From: an uncultured Acidobacteriota bacterium
GTDB lineage: Bacteria; Acidobacteriota; Thermoanaerobaculia; UBA5066; Gp7-AA6
Direction of reading: 5' to 3'
Length of the DNA: 64,000 nucleotides
Assembly (NCBI GenBank): GCA_963801275.1
Contig: CAWDEF010000001.1
Span: 4,015,481-4,079,480 of the forward strand
Shown: piece after piece, positions 45,797 to 57,786 of the stretch
Layout: each line of letters opens with the position of its first letter
Position numbering within the stretch: position 1 is the stretch's first letter
Notes under the pieces: model-generated
Database searches by the model: none
The model's input: only the letters and a program-made list of their open reading frames with translations
Told to the model about the DNA's origin: nothing
Position numbers and translations under genes: made by a program

Positions 45797-48331
45797 TCAC
45801 CTCCGGAACCCGCCGCCGCGGAAGCCGCCGCCCCAGCCGCCGGACCGCCCGCCCCAGCCTCCGCCGCCACCCCAGGCTCCGCGTCCGCCCCAGCCGCTCG
45901 AGTTGAAGCCGCCCCAGCGGCTGTCGCCCGAGGAACGCGCCTGGTCCCAGCTGTTCAGGTCGTTCGTCCGGCTGGAGTCGGCGAGGTTCCCCCAGGATCC
46001 CGTGCTGTGGTCGTACTGCTGCCAGCCGCTGCCCCCACCGTAGGTCCCGGTGCCGTGATTCCAGTCGCCGCTGCCGCCTTTATAAATGTTTCCGTCGTGA
46101 TCGGCGTAGACGTTGTTGCCGACCCGGGCCACCCCGTTGTTCTCGCCGTGGATGCCGGCGACGGAAGTGCTGTTCCCGCCGGGTCCGGTGACCTGGCCGC
46201 GGCCGGCGGTGACCGAATTCCCGGTATAGGTGTTGCCGACCGTGCCGCGCGCGCCGCTGACCGATGCTCCCGTCTGCGTGTTGACGGCCGCGCCCCGCTC
46301 ACCCGCCGCGTAGTTGCCCGTGTAGGCGTTGTAGGCACCGCCGCGCTGGCCGGCCGCCGCGACCCCCGTCGCCGAGTTGTACGCCGCTCCCTCGGAGCCC
46401 CGCCACGCGTTTCCGGTCCAGGCGTTGTAGCCGCCGCCGCTGCGGGTCACCGCGCTGGTCGAGCCCCACTGGCTGTACACGTTTCCGGAGGACCAGCGCG
46501 CGTAGCCCGGCCCCCAGACCGCTCCGCCGCCGTGTCCCCAGGCCGCCGCACCGTAGTGGCCGTACCAGCCCCCCCATGCCGCGCCCCATCCCCAGCCCGC
46601 GTACCCCCAGCCGTAACCGCACATGGCCGCGCCCATCGCGAAGCCGCAGCCCACGCCGAAGGCGAACGCCCAGCCGGTCCAAGGCGTGTAGGCCAAGTTC
46701 ACGCCGTACCCGTAGGTCACCGGCGGGCCGTACCAGACGGTCCCGATCCAGGGCGAATAGACGTAGCCCGTGCCGTAGACGACGACTCCGCCGGACACGA
46801 TCGCGCCGGTGTAACCGGGGGTGTAGCCCACATAGACGGCGCTGGGGGTCGATCCAAAGACCTGCACGTAGGTGAGGTAGTACAGGGGCGAGCTCGGCGG
46901 AATCCCGTAGATCGTCGGGGGCACCCAGGCCGCCACGGTCCAGGGGCCATTGACCGACGCGGAGGAGAACCAGATTCCCGCCTGGCACGCGTAGTAGGCG
47001 TAGGGCCCCGTCATGATGATCGGGGTCGACGCGTTGGCAACGTACTGGAGCGTCGTGCCTTCGATCGGCTTGAACTGCGGAGCCCCGTCGATCTTGATCG
47101 GCTGGACCTGCGCCGTGCGCTGCACGGTGGCCGTTTGTGGGACCCCGGCGGCGATCACCGCCTCCTTGGCCTGCGTCGTTCCGGGCACGCTCGCCTTCAC
47201 GTTCTCGATCGGGCTGTCGTCGGGGATCTTGGCGAAGTCCGGCGGCAGGCTCGAGGCGGGGACGAACTCCCAGGGTCCGCCCGTGTCATAGGCGCTGAAC
47301 CAGCGCCCCGCGATCAACACATAAGTCTTCTGGTTGTCGAGGTCCTTGAACATCCGGCCGGTCGTGTTGGACACATATAGAAGCTGCGTGTTCGGAATGG
47401 GATCGTAGTTTGGCTGTCCGTTGACGACGATGAGCTCGGTGGGCTGCGTCGCCACGTGCACGACGGGGACGGGCTTGGTCTTGAGGGAGGGCTTGGGGGC
47501 CTTCGGGTCGGACGCCGAGCCTCCGGTCATCGGATCGCCGTCGTGGGCGGCGAGGATCTCCTGGAGTGCCTTCTCGAGATTGTCCTTGCGCCCGAGGTGG
47601 GGATCCGCGACCTCCCAGGTCCCCGTCAGGGACGGGGACTTCATCCAGCCGTCGAAGAGATGCAGGTACAGCTCTCCGGAATCGGCCTTCAGGACGATCG
47701 GGCTCGTGTTGATGAGCCGCTGGAGGTCCGTGCCCTGCTGCGCCCGATAGACGGGGTCCCCGTCGACCAGGATGAGGACCGCCGGCACGTCGGAGACGAT
47801 GATTTGCGGAGGCGCGTTGTGTAGCGGGCGCTCCTCTCCCGATTTCTGCGCCGTCAGGATGCCGAGGTCCGCTTCGAGTCGATCGAGGGAAATCGCCTTG
47901 GACTTCTTGCCCGCCTCCTGCTCGTGGATCGCCGCCACCCACGCCGCCGCCTTCCCGGGATCGGAAGGGAAGTTCCATCGCGTGATGTTCAGGTCTTCCA
48001 GGTAGACGACGCGGCTGACCTTGTCGACGTCGGTTCGGGCCGTGAACCAGATCACGCCGAACGTCGGATCCTTGGCGCCCGCGGCCTGAACGGAGACCGC
48101 GGCGTGCGCCTCGAGAGTGATGCCCGACCAGTGGTCGAGCTGCGGCTGATAGATCAGGATCGTTTCTACGGACGATCCGGTTCCCGTCACGAGCTTCCGC
48201 GGCCAGGGGTCGCCTGCGGGCGCGGAAGCCGCCGGCTTCGGCGGCGCCGTTTGTGCGGGGAGGCGCTCCGCGGTCAGGACGGCGACCGTAAACACGAGGG
48301 TGATACTGACGAGCCTTCGAAGGGATTGCAT
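45797..48331 (-). CDS. Secreted protein with N-terminal globular region and long Gly/Tyr/Trp/Asn-rich repetitive C-terminus
   Basis: Signal peptide. The C-terminal about 350 aa carry GW/GY dipeptide runs, roughly 11-aa G-x-x-Y-N-x-x-T-G-N repeats, and terminal GGWGG/RGG repeats. Confidence 0.55.
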   Translation of the reverse strand: MQSLRRLVSITLVFTVAVLTAERLPAQTAPPKPAASAPAGDPWPRKLVTGTGSSVETILIYQPQLDHWSGITLEAHAAVSVQAAGAKDPTFGVIWFTARTDVDKVSRVVYLEDLNITRWNFPSDPGKAAAWVAAIHEQEAGKKSKAISLDRLEADLGILTAQKSGEERPLHNAPPQIIVSDVPAVLILVDGDPVYRAQQGTDLQRLINTSPIVLKADSGELYLHLFDGWMKSPSLTGTWEVADPHLGRKDNLEKALQEILAAHDGDPMTGGSASDPKAPKPSLKTKPVPVVHVATQPTELIVVNGQPNYDPIPNTQLLYVSNTTGRMFKDLDNQKTYVLIAGRWFSAYDTGGPWEFVPASSLPPDFAKIPDDSPIENVKASVPGTTQAKEAVIAAGVPQTATVQRTAQVQPIKIDGAPQFKPIEGTTLQYVANASTPIIMTGPYAYYACQAGIWFSSASVNGPWTVAAWVPPTIYGIPPSSPLYYLTYVQVFGSTPSAVYVGYTPGYTGAIVSGGVVVYGTGYVYSPWIGTVWYGPPVTYGYGVNLAYTPWTGWAFAFGVGCGFAMGAAMCGYGWGYAGWGWGAAWGGWYGHYGAAAWGHGGGAVWGPGYARWSSGNVYSQWGSTSAVTRSGGGYNAWTGNAWRGSEGAAYNSATGVAAAGQRGGAYNAYTGNYAAGERGAAVNTQTGASVSGARGTVGNTYTGNSVTAGRGQVTGPGGNSTSVAGIHGENNGVARVGNNVYADHDGNIYKGGSGDWNHGTGTYGGGSGWQQYDHSTGSWGNLADSSRTNDLNSWDQARSSGDSRWGGFNSSGWGGRGAWGGGGGWGGRSGGWGGGFRGGGFRR

Positions 48332-48539
48332 GCTGCGCCTCCGACGCGGATGGGGCCTCCAGATGGCCTAGGGGGCAAGCCTAGCAAACTCCCGCATGTC
48401 GGCAAGCGGCCGGCCGTCGCTCTTGCACGGCGGCCCGCCGTCCGAACGAGATCGCACGCCGAAGGCGGGCAGGGGCCGGGTGCGTCGTGTCGCGCGTGAG
48501 CGGGCCCGATCGGCCGGGGTCGGCGGCCGCTCCGGTCGC

Positions 48540-48917
48540 CTACAGCGCCTTCGGGTAGGGCTCCTTGCGCGTGCCGTCGGGATTGATCGGGCCGGGCCCG
48601 CAGATGTAGGCCTCTCCCACGTTCCCGCGCACGAGGACCGTGTCCGCTCCGTAGTAGGCGGCCTCGGTGCGGAAGGCGTCGGGCAGCTGCGCGTCGGTCG
48701 GGCGCGCGACAGGCTGGTTGAACTGCGGGTTGAGCATGCGCACGAACTTGCAGGTGCCTTCGACCTTCTCGCTGTCCTCGGTCAGCTGGACGTGGAATTT
48801 GCCTTTCGTCGCGGCGAGCTGCCAGTTCGTGTCCGATTCCGAAGCGTGCGCGCACCCAAGGGCACCGGCGCACAGACCGAGAAGAAGGAGAGCGGAAATC
48901 CACCCAAAGGAGCGCAT
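48540..48917 (-). CDS. DUF4156-like lipoprotein
   Basis: Lipobox LGLCAG. Confidence 0.4.
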   Translation of the reverse strand: MRSFGWISALLLLGLCAGALGCAHASESDTNWQLAATKGKFHVQLTEDSEKVEGTCKFVRMLNPQFNQPVARPTDAQLPDAFRTEAAYYGADTVLVRGNVGEAYICGPGPINPDGTRKEPYPKAL

Positions 48918-48956
48918 ACCCCAGTATGCCACTGGCCGCACTGCGCCGCGGCGCTT

Positions 48957-51617
48957 CTAGCCGAGCTCGTCGAGCAGCTTGGCGACAAGCCCTGTCCAGC
49001 CTGTCTGGTGGCTCGCGCCGAGCCCGGCGCCGGTGTCTCCGTGGAAATACTCATGGAAGAGGAGAAGACCCTTCCAATGCGGGTCCCTCTGAAAAGGCTC
49101 GTAGTTCCCGGAGACGGGCCGGTGCCCGGAAGCGTCGGGCAGGAAGATCCTCGAGAGCCGCCGGGCGAGCTCCCGGGACACCTCGTGCAGCGTCATCATC
49201 TTCCCCGAGCCGGTCGGGCACTCCACTTTGAAGGAGTCACCGAAGTACATGTGAAAGCGCTTGAGCGACTCGAGGATCAGATAGTTGATCGGGAACCAGA
49301 TCGGCCCGCGCCAGTTCGAGTTGCCGCCGAAGAGGCGCGTGCGCGATTCCCCGGGCTCGTAGTCCAGGCGATACGACATGCCTCGGGCATGGAGCTCGTA
49401 CGGATGCTCGCGGTGGTACTGCGACACCGACCGGATGCCGTACGGCGAGAGAAACTCGCGCTCATCGAGCATGTAGGAGAGCACGCGCGCGAGCTGCTCG
49501 GGCTTGACGACGGAGAGCAGCATCCGCGCGTCCTGCCCGTAGCGGGTCATGGAGGCGCAGGAGTCGGTCAGGTCGCGGCGGTACTCGAAGAACCACTGCA
49601 TGCGGCGCTTGAAGCTCGGAAAGCGGTTGATCAGCGCCGAGTCGCCCGTGACGACCGCCGTCAGCGGCAGGAGCCCTACCGCCGAGCGGACCCGGATCGG
49701 GTACTGGGTCCCGTCCGGAGAGTGGAGCGCGTCGTAGAAGAAGCCGTCCTGCTCGTCCCAGAGGCCGGTCCCGGTGTCGTCGTTGCGCTGGATGGCGTGC
49801 GCGATGTAGACGAAGTGCTCCCAGAACTTGCTCGCCACGTCCTCGTAGACCGGATCGAAGCTCGCCAGCTCCAGGGCCATCCCGAGAAGGTTCAGGCAGT
49901 ACATCGCCATCCAGCTCGTGCCGTCGGCCTGGCCGAGGACCCAGCCCTCGGGCAGCTTCGTGTTGCGGTCGAAGATGCCGATGTTGTCCAGCCCCAGGAA
50001 GCCTCCCTGGAAGATGTTGTTGCCGAGCGCGTCCTTGCGGTTGACCCACCAGTCGAAGTTCAAGAGCAGCTTGTGGAAGACCCGCTCCAGGAACGCGCGG
50101 TCGCTCTTGCCGGTCTTGTTCCGTTCGATCTGGAAGACGCGCAGCGCCGCCCAGGCGTGCACCGGCGGGTTCACGTCGCCGAAGTTCCACTCGTAGGCCG
50201 GGATCTGGCCGTTAGGGTGCATGTACCACTCCCGCACCATCAGCACCAGCTGGTCCTTGGCGAACTGCGGGTCCACGAGGGAGAGGACGACGCAGTGAAA
50301 CGCCAGGTCCCAGGCTGCGAACCAGGGAAATTCCCAGGTATCGGGCATGGAGAGGACGTCGGCATTGAAGACATTGCGCCAGTCGCTGTTGCGGCCCTTG
50401 CGGCGCGCGCGCGGCGGGGGCGGCTGCAGCGGGTCACCGTCGAGCCAGCGCCGGACGTCGTATTTGTAGAACTGCTTGGACCAGAGCATGCCGGCGAAGG
50501 CCTGCCGCATGACGCTCGTCTCTTCGGAAGACAGGCGTTCCGGAATGACCGCAGCGTAGAACTCGTCGGCCTCTTTCTTGCGAAGCTCGAGGACGGAGTC
50601 GAACTCCGCCGCGAGCGGGTCACTCTCGGCCCACTCGGAGTCGGCCAGACGCAGGCGGATGCGAGCGCTGCCGCCGGCGGGTACGATGAGCGTCTGCCGT
50701 GCCGCGGCCTTGGTGCCCCGGCGGGCCGGATTGACGGCGCCGGCATCGCCCTCGACCACGCACCGGTGGAATGAATCCTTGACGTAGGGCGATCGGTTCG
50801 GAACTCCGAAGACCCGGGCGGTATTGGTTTCGTTCTCGGTGAAGAGCAGATCCGCGCCCGGCGAGGCATGCAGGTAGCGGCGGCCGAGGTATCCCTCGTC
50901 CAGTGCGATCATCGGCCGGCCGTCGGCGCGCGCGACCGGCGTCGCCAGCGGTCTCCTGCGGTCCGGCTTCCAGGACCACGTGTTGCGAAACCAGACCGTC
51001 GGCAGCACGTCGAGACGCGCGGCCTCGGAGCCCCGGTTCTCGACCGTGATCTGGATGAGGACGTCTTCCGGGGTTGCCTTCGCGTATTCGAGGAAGACGT
51101 CGAAATACCGGCTCTCGGAGAAAATCCCGGTGTCGAGCAGCTCGTATTCCGGCTCCTCGATCGTCCGCCGGGCGTTCTCCTCGAGCAGCTGCCGGTACGG
51201 GTACTCGGCTTGCGGGTACTTGTAGAGGTACCTCATGTACGAGTGTGTCGGCGTCGAGTCCAGGTAGAACCAGTATTCCTTGACGTCCTCGCCGTGGTTG
51301 CCCTCGGAATTGGTCAGGCCGAACGGGCGCTCCTTCAGGATCGGATCCTTTCCGTTCCAGAGCGCGATCGCGAAGCAGAGGAGCTGATGGCGATCGCAGA
51401 TGCCGCCGAGGCCGTCCTCGTTCCAGCGATAGGCGCGCGAGCGCGCGTGATCGTGGGGGAAGAAGTCCCACGCGGTCCCGTCGGAGCTGTAGTCCTCCCG
51501 GACGGTTCCCCACGCCCGCTCGGCGAGATAGGGCCCCCAGCGGTTCCAGTGGGCCTGGCGGGCGTCGTTCTCCGCGATCCGCCGGCCTTCGGCGGTGTCC
51601 GCCGGCTTGATCCTCAC
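48957..51617 (-). CDS. Glycoside hydrolase family 63-like alpha-glucosidase (mannosyl/glucosylglycerate hydrolase / processing glucosidase I family)
   Basis: GTG start overlaps the zwf stop (GTGA). N-terminus [21 protein letters not shown]. (alpha/alpha)6-barrel signatures ([30 protein letters not shown]). Confidence 0.7.
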   Translation of the reverse strand: MRIKPADTAEGRRIAENDARQAHWNRWGPYLAERAWGTVREDYSSDGTAWDFFPHDHARSRAYRWNEDGLGGICDRHQLLCFAIALWNGKDPILKERPFGLTNSEGNHGEDVKEYWFYLDSTPTHSYMRYLYKYPQAEYPYRQLLEENARRTIEEPEYELLDTGIFSESRYFDVFLEYAKATPEDVLIQITVENRGSEAARLDVLPTVWFRNTWSWKPDRRRPLATPVARADGRPMIALDEGYLGRRYLHASPGADLLFTENETNTARVFGVPNRSPYVKDSFHRCVVEGDAGAVNPARRGTKAAARQTLIVPAGGSARIRLRLADSEWAESDPLAAEFDSVLELRKKEADEFYAAVIPERLSSEETSVMRQAFAGMLWSKQFYKYDVRRWLDGDPLQPPPPRARRKGRNSDWRNVFNADVLSMPDTWEFPWFAAWDLAFHCVVLSLVDPQFAKDQLVLMVREWYMHPNGQIPAYEWNFGDVNPPVHAWAALRVFQIERNKTGKSDRAFLERVFHKLLLNFDWWVNRKDALGNNIFQGGFLGLDNIGIFDRNTKLPEGWVLGQADGTSWMAMYCLNLLGMALELASFDPVYEDVASKFWEHFVYIAHAIQRNDDTGTGLWDEQDGFFYDALHSPDGTQYPIRVRSAVGLLPLTAVVTGDSALINRFPSFKRRMQWFFEYRRDLTDSCASMTRYGQDARMLLSVVKPEQLARVLSYMLDEREFLSPYGIRSVSQYHREHPYELHARGMSYRLDYEPGESRTRLFGGNSNWRGPIWFPINYLILESLKRFHMYFGDSFKVECPTGSGKMMTLHEVSRELARRLSRIFLPDASGHRPVSGNYEPFQRDPHWKGLLLFHEYFHGDTGAGLGASHQTGWTGLVAKLLDELG

Positions 51618-53014
51618 GCTTCGGGCGCCGGGTCGTGCCAGCCCTCGAAGCCTTCCGCCAGGCGGTTCGCCTCGGCCGGTCCCCAGGTCCCGGGCTCGTA
51701 CGGGTGCACCGGCGTCGCGTTGTCGAGGATGCCGTCGACGACCCTCCAGGCGGCCTCGACGGCATCCTCGCGCACGAAGAGCGTCGGGTCCCCCTTCATC
51801 GCGTCGGTCAGGAGCCGCTCGTAGGCGTCGACCTCGTCCTTCCCCCCCGCGCGAACGGCCATGAGCTCTGTCGGCATGGAGCCCGGCTCCGTCCCCGGCT
51901 TCTTGACGCGCGCGCCGAGCGAGATCGAGATGTGTGGGCCCAGGCGGAAGCGGAAGTAGTTGCTCTCCTCCGGCGAGAGGCGCGAGAGGGGCGGGCACTT
52001 CAAGTCCACGAGGACCTCCGTCGCCGTCAGCGGCAGGCTCTTGCCGGCGCGGATGAAGAACGGCACGCTCGCCCAGCGCCAGGAGTCGACCTCCAGCCGC
52101 ACCGCAGCGTAGGTCTCGACGGTCGAGGAGGGCGACACACCCGGCTCCTTCCGGTATCCGGCGAACTGGCCCCGCACGACGTCCTGCGGCTTGAGCGGCC
52201 GGATCGCGCGGAAGACCTTGACCTGCTCGTCACGGATGCGGTCGGCGTCGATCGAGATGGGAGGCTCCATCGCGAGATAGCCCACGACCTGCAGCAGATG
52301 ATTCTGGATGACGTCGCGGATCGCACCCGTCTCGTCGTAGAACTTGCCCCGGCCCTGGACGCCGAAGGCCTCCGCCATCGTGATCTGGACGCAGTCCACG
52401 TAATTGCGGTTCCAGATGGGCTCGAGGAACGTGTTGGCGAAGCGAAAGTAGAGCAGATTTTCGACGGCCTCCTTGCCGAGGTAATGGTCGATGCGAAAGA
52501 CCGATGGCTCCGGGAAGACCGTGTGAAGGGTCTGGTTGAGCTCCCGCGCCGTCGAGAAGTTGTGGCCGAAGGGCTTCTCGATCACGACGCGCGCGCCCTC
52601 CGCGCAGCCGGACTTGCCGAGCTGCTCGACGACTTCGCCAAAGAGGCTTGGCGGAATGGCGAGGTAGTGAGTCGGATGCTTTGCCGCACCGAGGGCCTTC
52701 CGCAACTTCGCGAAGGTCCCCGGGTCCCCGTAGTCCCCGTCGATGTACTGGAGAAGCGTCAGGAGCTTGCCGAAGGCCGCCTCGTCGACTCCGCCGCCAT
52801 GCTCCTCGAGGCTCGTGCGGGCACGCTCGCGCAGTTGCTCGATTCCCCAGCCGGATTTCGCGACACCAATGACGGGGACGGTGAGGAAGCCGCGTTTGAC
52901 CATCCCCTGAAGGGACGGGAAGATCTTCTTGTAAGCGAGGTCTCCCGTCGCGCCGAAGAAGACGAGGGCGTCCGCGGCGACGGGCGGGCCGCCCTCGGCC
53001 TCAGCGGACGCCAT
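51614..53014 (-). CDS. zwf: Glucose-6-phosphate 1-dehydrogenase
   Basis: [19 protein letters not shown] motif and RIDHYLGKE active-site motif. Confidence 0.9.
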   Translation of the reverse strand: MASAEAEGGPPVAADALVFFGATGDLAYKKIFPSLQGMVKRGFLTVPVIGVAKSGWGIEQLRERARTSLEEHGGGVDEAAFGKLLTLLQYIDGDYGDPGTFAKLRKALGAAKHPTHYLAIPPSLFGEVVEQLGKSGCAEGARVVIEKPFGHNFSTARELNQTLHTVFPEPSVFRIDHYLGKEAVENLLYFRFANTFLEPIWNRNYVDCVQITMAEAFGVQGRGKFYDETGAIRDVIQNHLLQVVGYLAMEPPISIDADRIRDEQVKVFRAIRPLKPQDVVRGQFAGYRKEPGVSPSSTVETYAAVRLEVDSWRWASVPFFIRAGKSLPLTATEVLVDLKCPPLSRLSPEESNYFRFRLGPHISISLGARVKKPGTEPGSMPTELMAVRAGGKDEVDAYERLLTDAMKGDPTLFVREDAVEAAWRVVDGILDNATPVHPYEPGTWGPAEANRLAEGFEGWHDPAPEA

Positions 53015-53723
53015 AGCAGTTTTCCTTGCCGTTCCAGAGCGCGAGGCCGCCGAGAAGTCCCTCGACGTTCGAGACGATCTTGACCCGCGCCGGAAGGTCG
53101 ATCTCGATCTTCGCGGCATTTCCGCCGCCGATGTAGAGACGGTCGTAGTTGAACAGGGCGGCGAGCGACGCGATCGCTTTTCCGACCCGCCGGTTCCACT
53201 TCTTCTTTCCGAGCCTCTTCAAGGCCTTCTTTCCGAGCTCTTCCTCGTAGGTCTTCTTGTTCCAGCCCGCGTGGTGGGCAAGCTGTATGTTCGGGACGAG
53301 CCGCCCGTCCACGAAGAGAGAGGAGCCGAACCCCGTGCCGAGCGTGATCACGAGCTCGACTCCTTCGCCCCGGACGGCGCCGAGGCCCTGGACGTCCGCG
53401 TCGTTTGCGGCCCGCACCGGCCGGCGCAAGCCCCTCGTCAGCATCCGATCGATGTCCACACCGATCCAGGCGGGGTGCAGATTGAAGGCGGTTTCGACGA
53501 CACCCTTGCGAACGACGCCGGGAAAGCCCACCGAAGCACGGTCGAAGACCCCCTGTTGTCCTGCCATGCCGAGGATCGCCTTGAGCAGGGCCCGGGGTGT
53601 GGCCGGGCGAGGCGTGTCCACACGCAGGCGCTCGGTCAGGGCCTTGCCGTCGGTGCCGACGACGAGCGTCTTGATGCCCGTCCCGCCGATGTCGATACAG
53701 AGGGTGCGCGGGTCGCCCGCCAT
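53001..53723 (-). CDS. ROK-family glucokinase (polyphosphate/ATP glucokinase PpgK-like)
   Basis: [13 protein letters not shown]-terminus. 240 aa. Overlaps the zwf start by 14 nt. Confidence 0.65.
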   Translation of the reverse strand: MAGDPRTLCIDIGGTGIKTLVVGTDGKALTERLRVDTPRPATPRALLKAILGMAGQQGVFDRASVGFPGVVRKGVVETAFNLHPAWIGVDIDRMLTRGLRRPVRAANDADVQGLGAVRGEGVELVITLGTGFGSSLFVDGRLVPNIQLAHHAGWNKKTYEEELGKKALKRLGKKKWNRRVGKAIASLAALFNYDRLYIGGGNAAKIEIDLPARVKIVSNVEGLLGGLALWNGKENCYGVR

Positions 53724-53730
53724 GAGCGAC

Positions 53731-54750
53731 CTACGCTCCCTCTTTCTTCTCGAGGTGGCCGCCGAACTCGTACCGCATGGCGGACATGAGCTTGCTCGCG
53801 AAGTCGGCGTCGCCCCGTGAGGCGAACCTCTCGTAGAGCGCGGCCGTGAGCACCCCGGCCGGCGTGCCTTCGTCGATCGCGGCGAGGATCGTCCAGCGGC
53901 CCTCTCCGGAGTCCGAAACCCGCCCCGAGAAGTCTTTCAGGTCCGGGGACTTCAAGAGCGCGATCGCGGTCAGGTCCAGAAGCCACGACGCGATCACGCT
54001 GCCGCGCCTCCAGACCTCCGCGACATCGGGGAGGTTCAGGTCGTACTGGTAGTGCTCGGGATTGCGCAGCGGCGTCGTTTCGGCGTCGATGGTGCGGCCG
54101 GTCTTGCCGACGTTGGCGCGGTTCAAGATGTTCAGTCCTTCGGCGTACGCGGCCATGATGCCGTACTCGATCCCGTTGTGAACCATCTTGACGAAGTGTC
54201 CGGCGCCGGAACGCCCGCAGTGGAGATACCCGTCCTCGGCCGTGCCGCCGGCCTTCTCCCGGCCCGGCGTGCGCGGGATGTCGCCCCGGCCGGGCGCGAG
54301 CGTCTTGAAGACGGGATCCAGTCGCTGGACGGCCTCGCGGTCGCCGCCGATCATCATGCAGTAGCCTCGCTCCAGGCCCCAGACGCCTCCGCTCGTCCCG
54401 ACGTCCACGTAGTGGATGCCCCTGCCTCGCAGGTCGCCCTGCCTCCGGATGTCGTCGATGTAGTAGGAGTTGCCGCCGTCGATGATCGTGTCGTCCTTCT
54501 GCATCTTTGGAGCGAGGTCGGCAAGCGTGCCGTCCACGGCTGCGGCCGGCACCATCAGCCATGCGGCGCGGGGCGGCTTCAATTTCCCCACGAATTCCTC
54601 GAGCGAGGATGCGCCGACCGCTCCCTCGCCGGCGAGCTGCTTCACCGCGTCGGCACTGCGGTCGAAGACCACGCACTGGTGGCCGCTGCGGGTCAGACGC
54701 CGCACCATGTTGGCGCCCATTCGACCGAGTCCGATCATTCCAAGCTGCAT
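53731..54750 (-). CDS. gnd: 6-phosphogluconate dehydrogenase, decarboxylating (short Gnd-like form)
   Basis: [24 protein letters not shown] Rossmann motif and [16 protein letters not shown]. Confidence 0.8.
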   Translation of the reverse strand: MQLGMIGLGRMGANMVRRLTRSGHQCVVFDRSADAVKQLAGEGAVGASSLEEFVGKLKPPRAAWLMVPAAAVDGTLADLAPKMQKDDTIIDGGNSYYIDDIRRQGDLRGRGIHYVDVGTSGGVWGLERGYCMMIGGDREAVQRLDPVFKTLAPGRGDIPRTPGREKAGGTAEDGYLHCGRSGAGHFVKMVHNGIEYGIMAAYAEGLNILNRANVGKTGRTIDAETTPLRNPEHYQYDLNLPDVAEVWRRGSVIASWLLDLTAIALLKSPDLKDFSGRVSDSGEGRWTILAAIDEGTPAGVLTAALYERFASRGDADFASKLMSAMRYEFGGHLEKKEGA

Positions 54751-54872
54751 CGGAGGCTCCTTTCGGCGGACTCCCGGGGAGCATATCGCGGAGGTTCGGC
54801 GATCGATCAATCCTCGACGGAGCGTCGCGGCAGGGCCGCTGCGGGATAGCATCCCCGGGCGCAGGAGGAGAT

Positions 54873-55403
54873 ATGCGGTTTCGCGGAAGATTCGCGGCAG
54901 CGGTTCTGCTGGCGGCCTTGGTGGCGTGCTCGACGCTGAAGGTCGATGCCGGGTGGGACAAGAACGTCGACTTCTCGAAGTACTACACGTGGCTGTGGAA
55001 GACCGACGGGTCGATCCGGGACCCGGCCTGGGCGCAGCGATTCCAGAGCGTCCTCGGCGACGTGCTGGCCACGAAGGGACTCGCTCCGGTGGCGCCCGGC
55101 GAGCAACCGGACCTCTGGGCCTTCGTGCACGCGCGACTCTCCGCGGAGACGCAGGTGGTCTCCTACAGCCCGGCCTGGGGATACGGCTGGGGCTACTGGG
55201 CCGGCCCGACCGCGGTCTATCAGATCCCCGTCGGCTCGGTCCTGATCGATCTCGTCGATGCGAAGACCAAACAACTCGTCTGGAGATGTTCGGCGACCGA
55301 CGCGCTTCGGACGGGCGTGTCCAACGAGGACCGCGAGCAGAAGCTCACGCAGGTCCTGACACAGATGTTCGCCACGTATCCCTACGTCCGTCAGGCGCCG
55401 TGA
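54873..55403 (+). CDS. DUF4136-like lipoprotein (paralog of 42612-43121)
   Basis: RBS AGGAGGAG. Lipobox LVACS. Confidence 0.5.
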   Translation: MRFRGRFAAAVLLAALVACSTLKVDAGWDKNVDFSKYYTWLWKTDGSIRDPAWAQRFQSVLGDVLATKGLAPVAPGEQPDLWAFVHARLSAETQVVSYSPAWGYGWGYWAGPTAVYQIPVGSVLIDLVDAKTKQLVWRCSATDALRTGVSNEDREQKLTQVLTQMFATYPYVRQAP

Positions 55404-55407
55404 CCGG

Positions 55408-55995
55408 GTGCTCCCTTCTGCCTACCTCGCCCGGCACGGCGAGACCAAATGGAGCCTTTCAGGCCAGCACACGGGGTTGACCGATCTGCCTCTGACCGAG
55501 CGGGGCGAGCGCAACGCGCGGCGGCTCGGCGAGCGCCTGGCCGGGCTCACCTTCGCGAGGGTCTTCACGAGCCCGCTCGAGCGCGCCTCCCGGACCTGCG
55601 CGCTGGCGGGCTTCGGAGCGCGGGCGGAGGTCGACCGGGATCTGGTCGAATGGAACTACGGCGAGTACGAGGGCCGCACGAGCGCCGAGATCGAGCGGGA
55701 CAGGCCGGGCTGGCAGCTCTTCCGGGACGGCTGCCCGGGAGGAGAGTCGCCGGCGCAGGTGGGCGCGCGGGCCGATCGGGTCGTCGCCCGCCTGCGCGCG
55801 GTCGAAGGCGACGTCCTGGTCTTTTCGAGCGGCCATTTCCTGCGGGTTCTCGCGGCGCGCTGGCTGGGGCTCGATCCGGCGGGAGGGCGCCTCGTGCTGC
55901 TGTCCACGGCGAGCCTCTCGACACTCGGCTACGAGCATGAACCGTCCCGGCCGGTCATCTCGCTGTGGAACGACACCCGGCACGTCGGGCGCTGA
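55408..55995 (+). CDS. Histidine phosphatase family protein (phosphoglycerate-mutase-like)
   Basis: RHGET catalytic motif near the N-terminus. Confidence 0.65.
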   Translation: MLPSAYLARHGETKWSLSGQHTGLTDLPLTERGERNARRLGERLAGLTFARVFTSPLERASRTCALAGFGARAEVDRDLVEWNYGEYEGRTSAEIERDRPGWQLFRDGCPGGESPAQVGARADRVVARLRAVEGDVLVFSSGHFLRVLAARWLGLDPAGGRLVLLSTASLSTLGYEHEPSRPVISLWNDTRHVGR

Positions 55996-56078
55996 GCCGG
56001 CGGTGGGCGGCGGGACGCTCGGGGCGTCCCGGCCGGAGCCGAGATCGCATATCTTGAATCCGTAAGAGGCGCGATTCG

Positions 56079-57722
56079 ATGGAAAAGAGCCCGCTCGCAG
56101 GAAAGCCCGCCCCGCCGTCGATCCTCGTCGACGTCCCGAAGCTCGTCGCGGCGTACTTCAGCGGGCGGCCGGACCCCTCGGTGCCCGGGCAGCGCGTGGC
56201 CTTCGGAACCTCCGGCCATCGCGGCTCCTCTCTCGACAACGCCTTCAACGAGGCGCACGTCCTGGCCATGAGCCAGGCGATCTGTGAGCACCGCAAGCGC
56301 CAGGGCATCGACGGTCCGCTCTTTCTCGGCATCGACACGCATGCGCTCTCCGGGCCGGCTTTCGCGAGCGCGCTCGAGGTGCTCTGCGCCAACGGGGTCG
56401 AGGTCATGGTGGACTCCGACGGCGGCTACACGCCGACGCCCGTGATCTCGCACGCCATCCTGACCCACAACCGTGGTCGTCGCGACGGCCTCGCCGACGG
56501 CATCGTGATCACGCCATCGCACAATCCGCCGCGCTACGGCGGCTTCAAGTACAACCCGCCCTCGGGCGGTCCCGCCGACACCGACGTGACCCGCGGCATC
56601 GAGGAGCGCGCCAACGCCCTCCTCGCCGAAGGTCTGCGCGGGGTCGAGCGCGTACCGTACGAGCGCGCCCGAAAGGCCTCTACCACGCACGCCCATCCAT
56701 ACCTCGAGTCCTACGTGGCGGACCTGCCGTCGGTGGTGGATCTCGAGGCCATTCGCTCGGGCGGCGTGCGGATCGGCGTGGACCCCCTGGGCGGCGCGAG
56801 CGTCGCCTACTGGGGCGCAATCGGCGAGCGCTATTCCCTCGACCTCGAGGTCGTCAACCGCGAGGTGGACCCGACCTTCCGATTCATGACGGTCGACTGG
56901 GACGGCCAGATCCGCATGGATCCCTCTTCGGTCCCCGTCATGGCCCGGCTGGTGGCGCTCAGGGAGCGCTTCGACGTGGCGTTCGCCAACGACGCCGACG
57001 CCGACCGGCACGGGGTCGTGTGCAGGAGCCAGGGCCTTCTGGAGCCGAACAACTATCTCGCGGTTTCGATCGCCTACCTCTTCGCCAATCGCCCGCGATG
57101 GCCGGCGTCGGCCGCCGTCGGCAAGACCCTCGTCTCGAGCGGCATGATCGACCGCGTCGCCGCGCGCCTGGGGAGACGGCTCGTCGAGGTTCCGGTCGGC
57201 TTCAAATGGTTCGTGGAGGGCCTGCTCGGCGGTGCGATCGGCTTCTGCGGCGAGGAGAGCGCCGGGGCGTCGTTCCTGCGGCGGGATGGAACCGTCTGGA
57301 CGACCGACAAAGACGGCCTGACGCCGAACCTGCTCGCCGCCGAGATCATGGCGCGAACCGGCAAGGATCCGGGCGAGCACTACCACGCGCTGACCGAGGA
57401 GTTCGGGGCGCCCTGCTATGCGCGGGTCGACGCCGCAGCCACGCCCGAGCAGAAGGCGCGGCTCTCGAAGCTCGCGCCCGAAGCCTTGACGGAGACGACG
57501 CTCGCCGGCGATCCGATCACGAGCAAGCTGACGCGGGCTCCGGGCAACGGCGCCCCGATCGGCGGCCTGAAGGTGACCGCCGAGGGCGGGTGGTTCGCGG
57601 CGAGGCCCTCCGGAACCGAGAACATTTACAAGATCTATGCCGAGAGCTTTCGTGACCGCGCCCACCTGGAGGCCATCCTGCGGGAGGCGCAGTCCATCGT
57701 CGACGGAGCCCTGGGCCCATGA
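56079..57722 (+). CDS. pgm: Phosphoglucomutase (alpha-D-glucose phosphate-specific)
   Basis: TSGHRGSS... around the active-site serine, [15 protein letters not shown]. Confidence 0.85.
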   Translation: MEKSPLAGKPAPPSILVDVPKLVAAYFSGRPDPSVPGQRVAFGTSGHRGSSLDNAFNEAHVLAMSQAICEHRKRQGIDGPLFLGIDTHALSGPAFASALEVLCANGVEVMVDSDGGYTPTPVISHAILTHNRGRRDGLADGIVITPSHNPPRYGGFKYNPPSGGPADTDVTRGIEERANALLAEGLRGVERVPYERARKASTTHAHPYLESYVADLPSVVDLEAIRSGGVRIGVDPLGGASVAYWGAIGERYSLDLEVVNREVDPTFRFMTVDWDGQIRMDPSSVPVMARLVALRERFDVAFANDADADRHGVVCRSQGLLEPNNYLAVSIAYLFANRPRWPASAAVGKTLVSSGMIDRVAARLGRRLVEVPVGFKWFVEGLLGGAIGFCGEESAGASFLRRDGTVWTTDKDGLTPNLLAAEIMARTGKDPGEHYHALTEEFGAPCYARVDAAATPEQKARLSKLAPEALTETTLAGDPITSKLTRAPGNGAPIGGLKVTAEGGWFAARPSGTENIYKIYAESFRDRAHLEAILREAQSIVDGALGP

Positions 57723-57786
57723 TGTCTCCGCCCAACCCGCATGCGAGAAGGGCCGATACGGCCACCCTCGGGAAAGTGAGCTGACG

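Noticed and set aside
48396-50774. 792-aa plus-strand ORF antisense to the GH63 gene
   Set aside because: No recognisable domains. GH63 signatures are on the minus strand.
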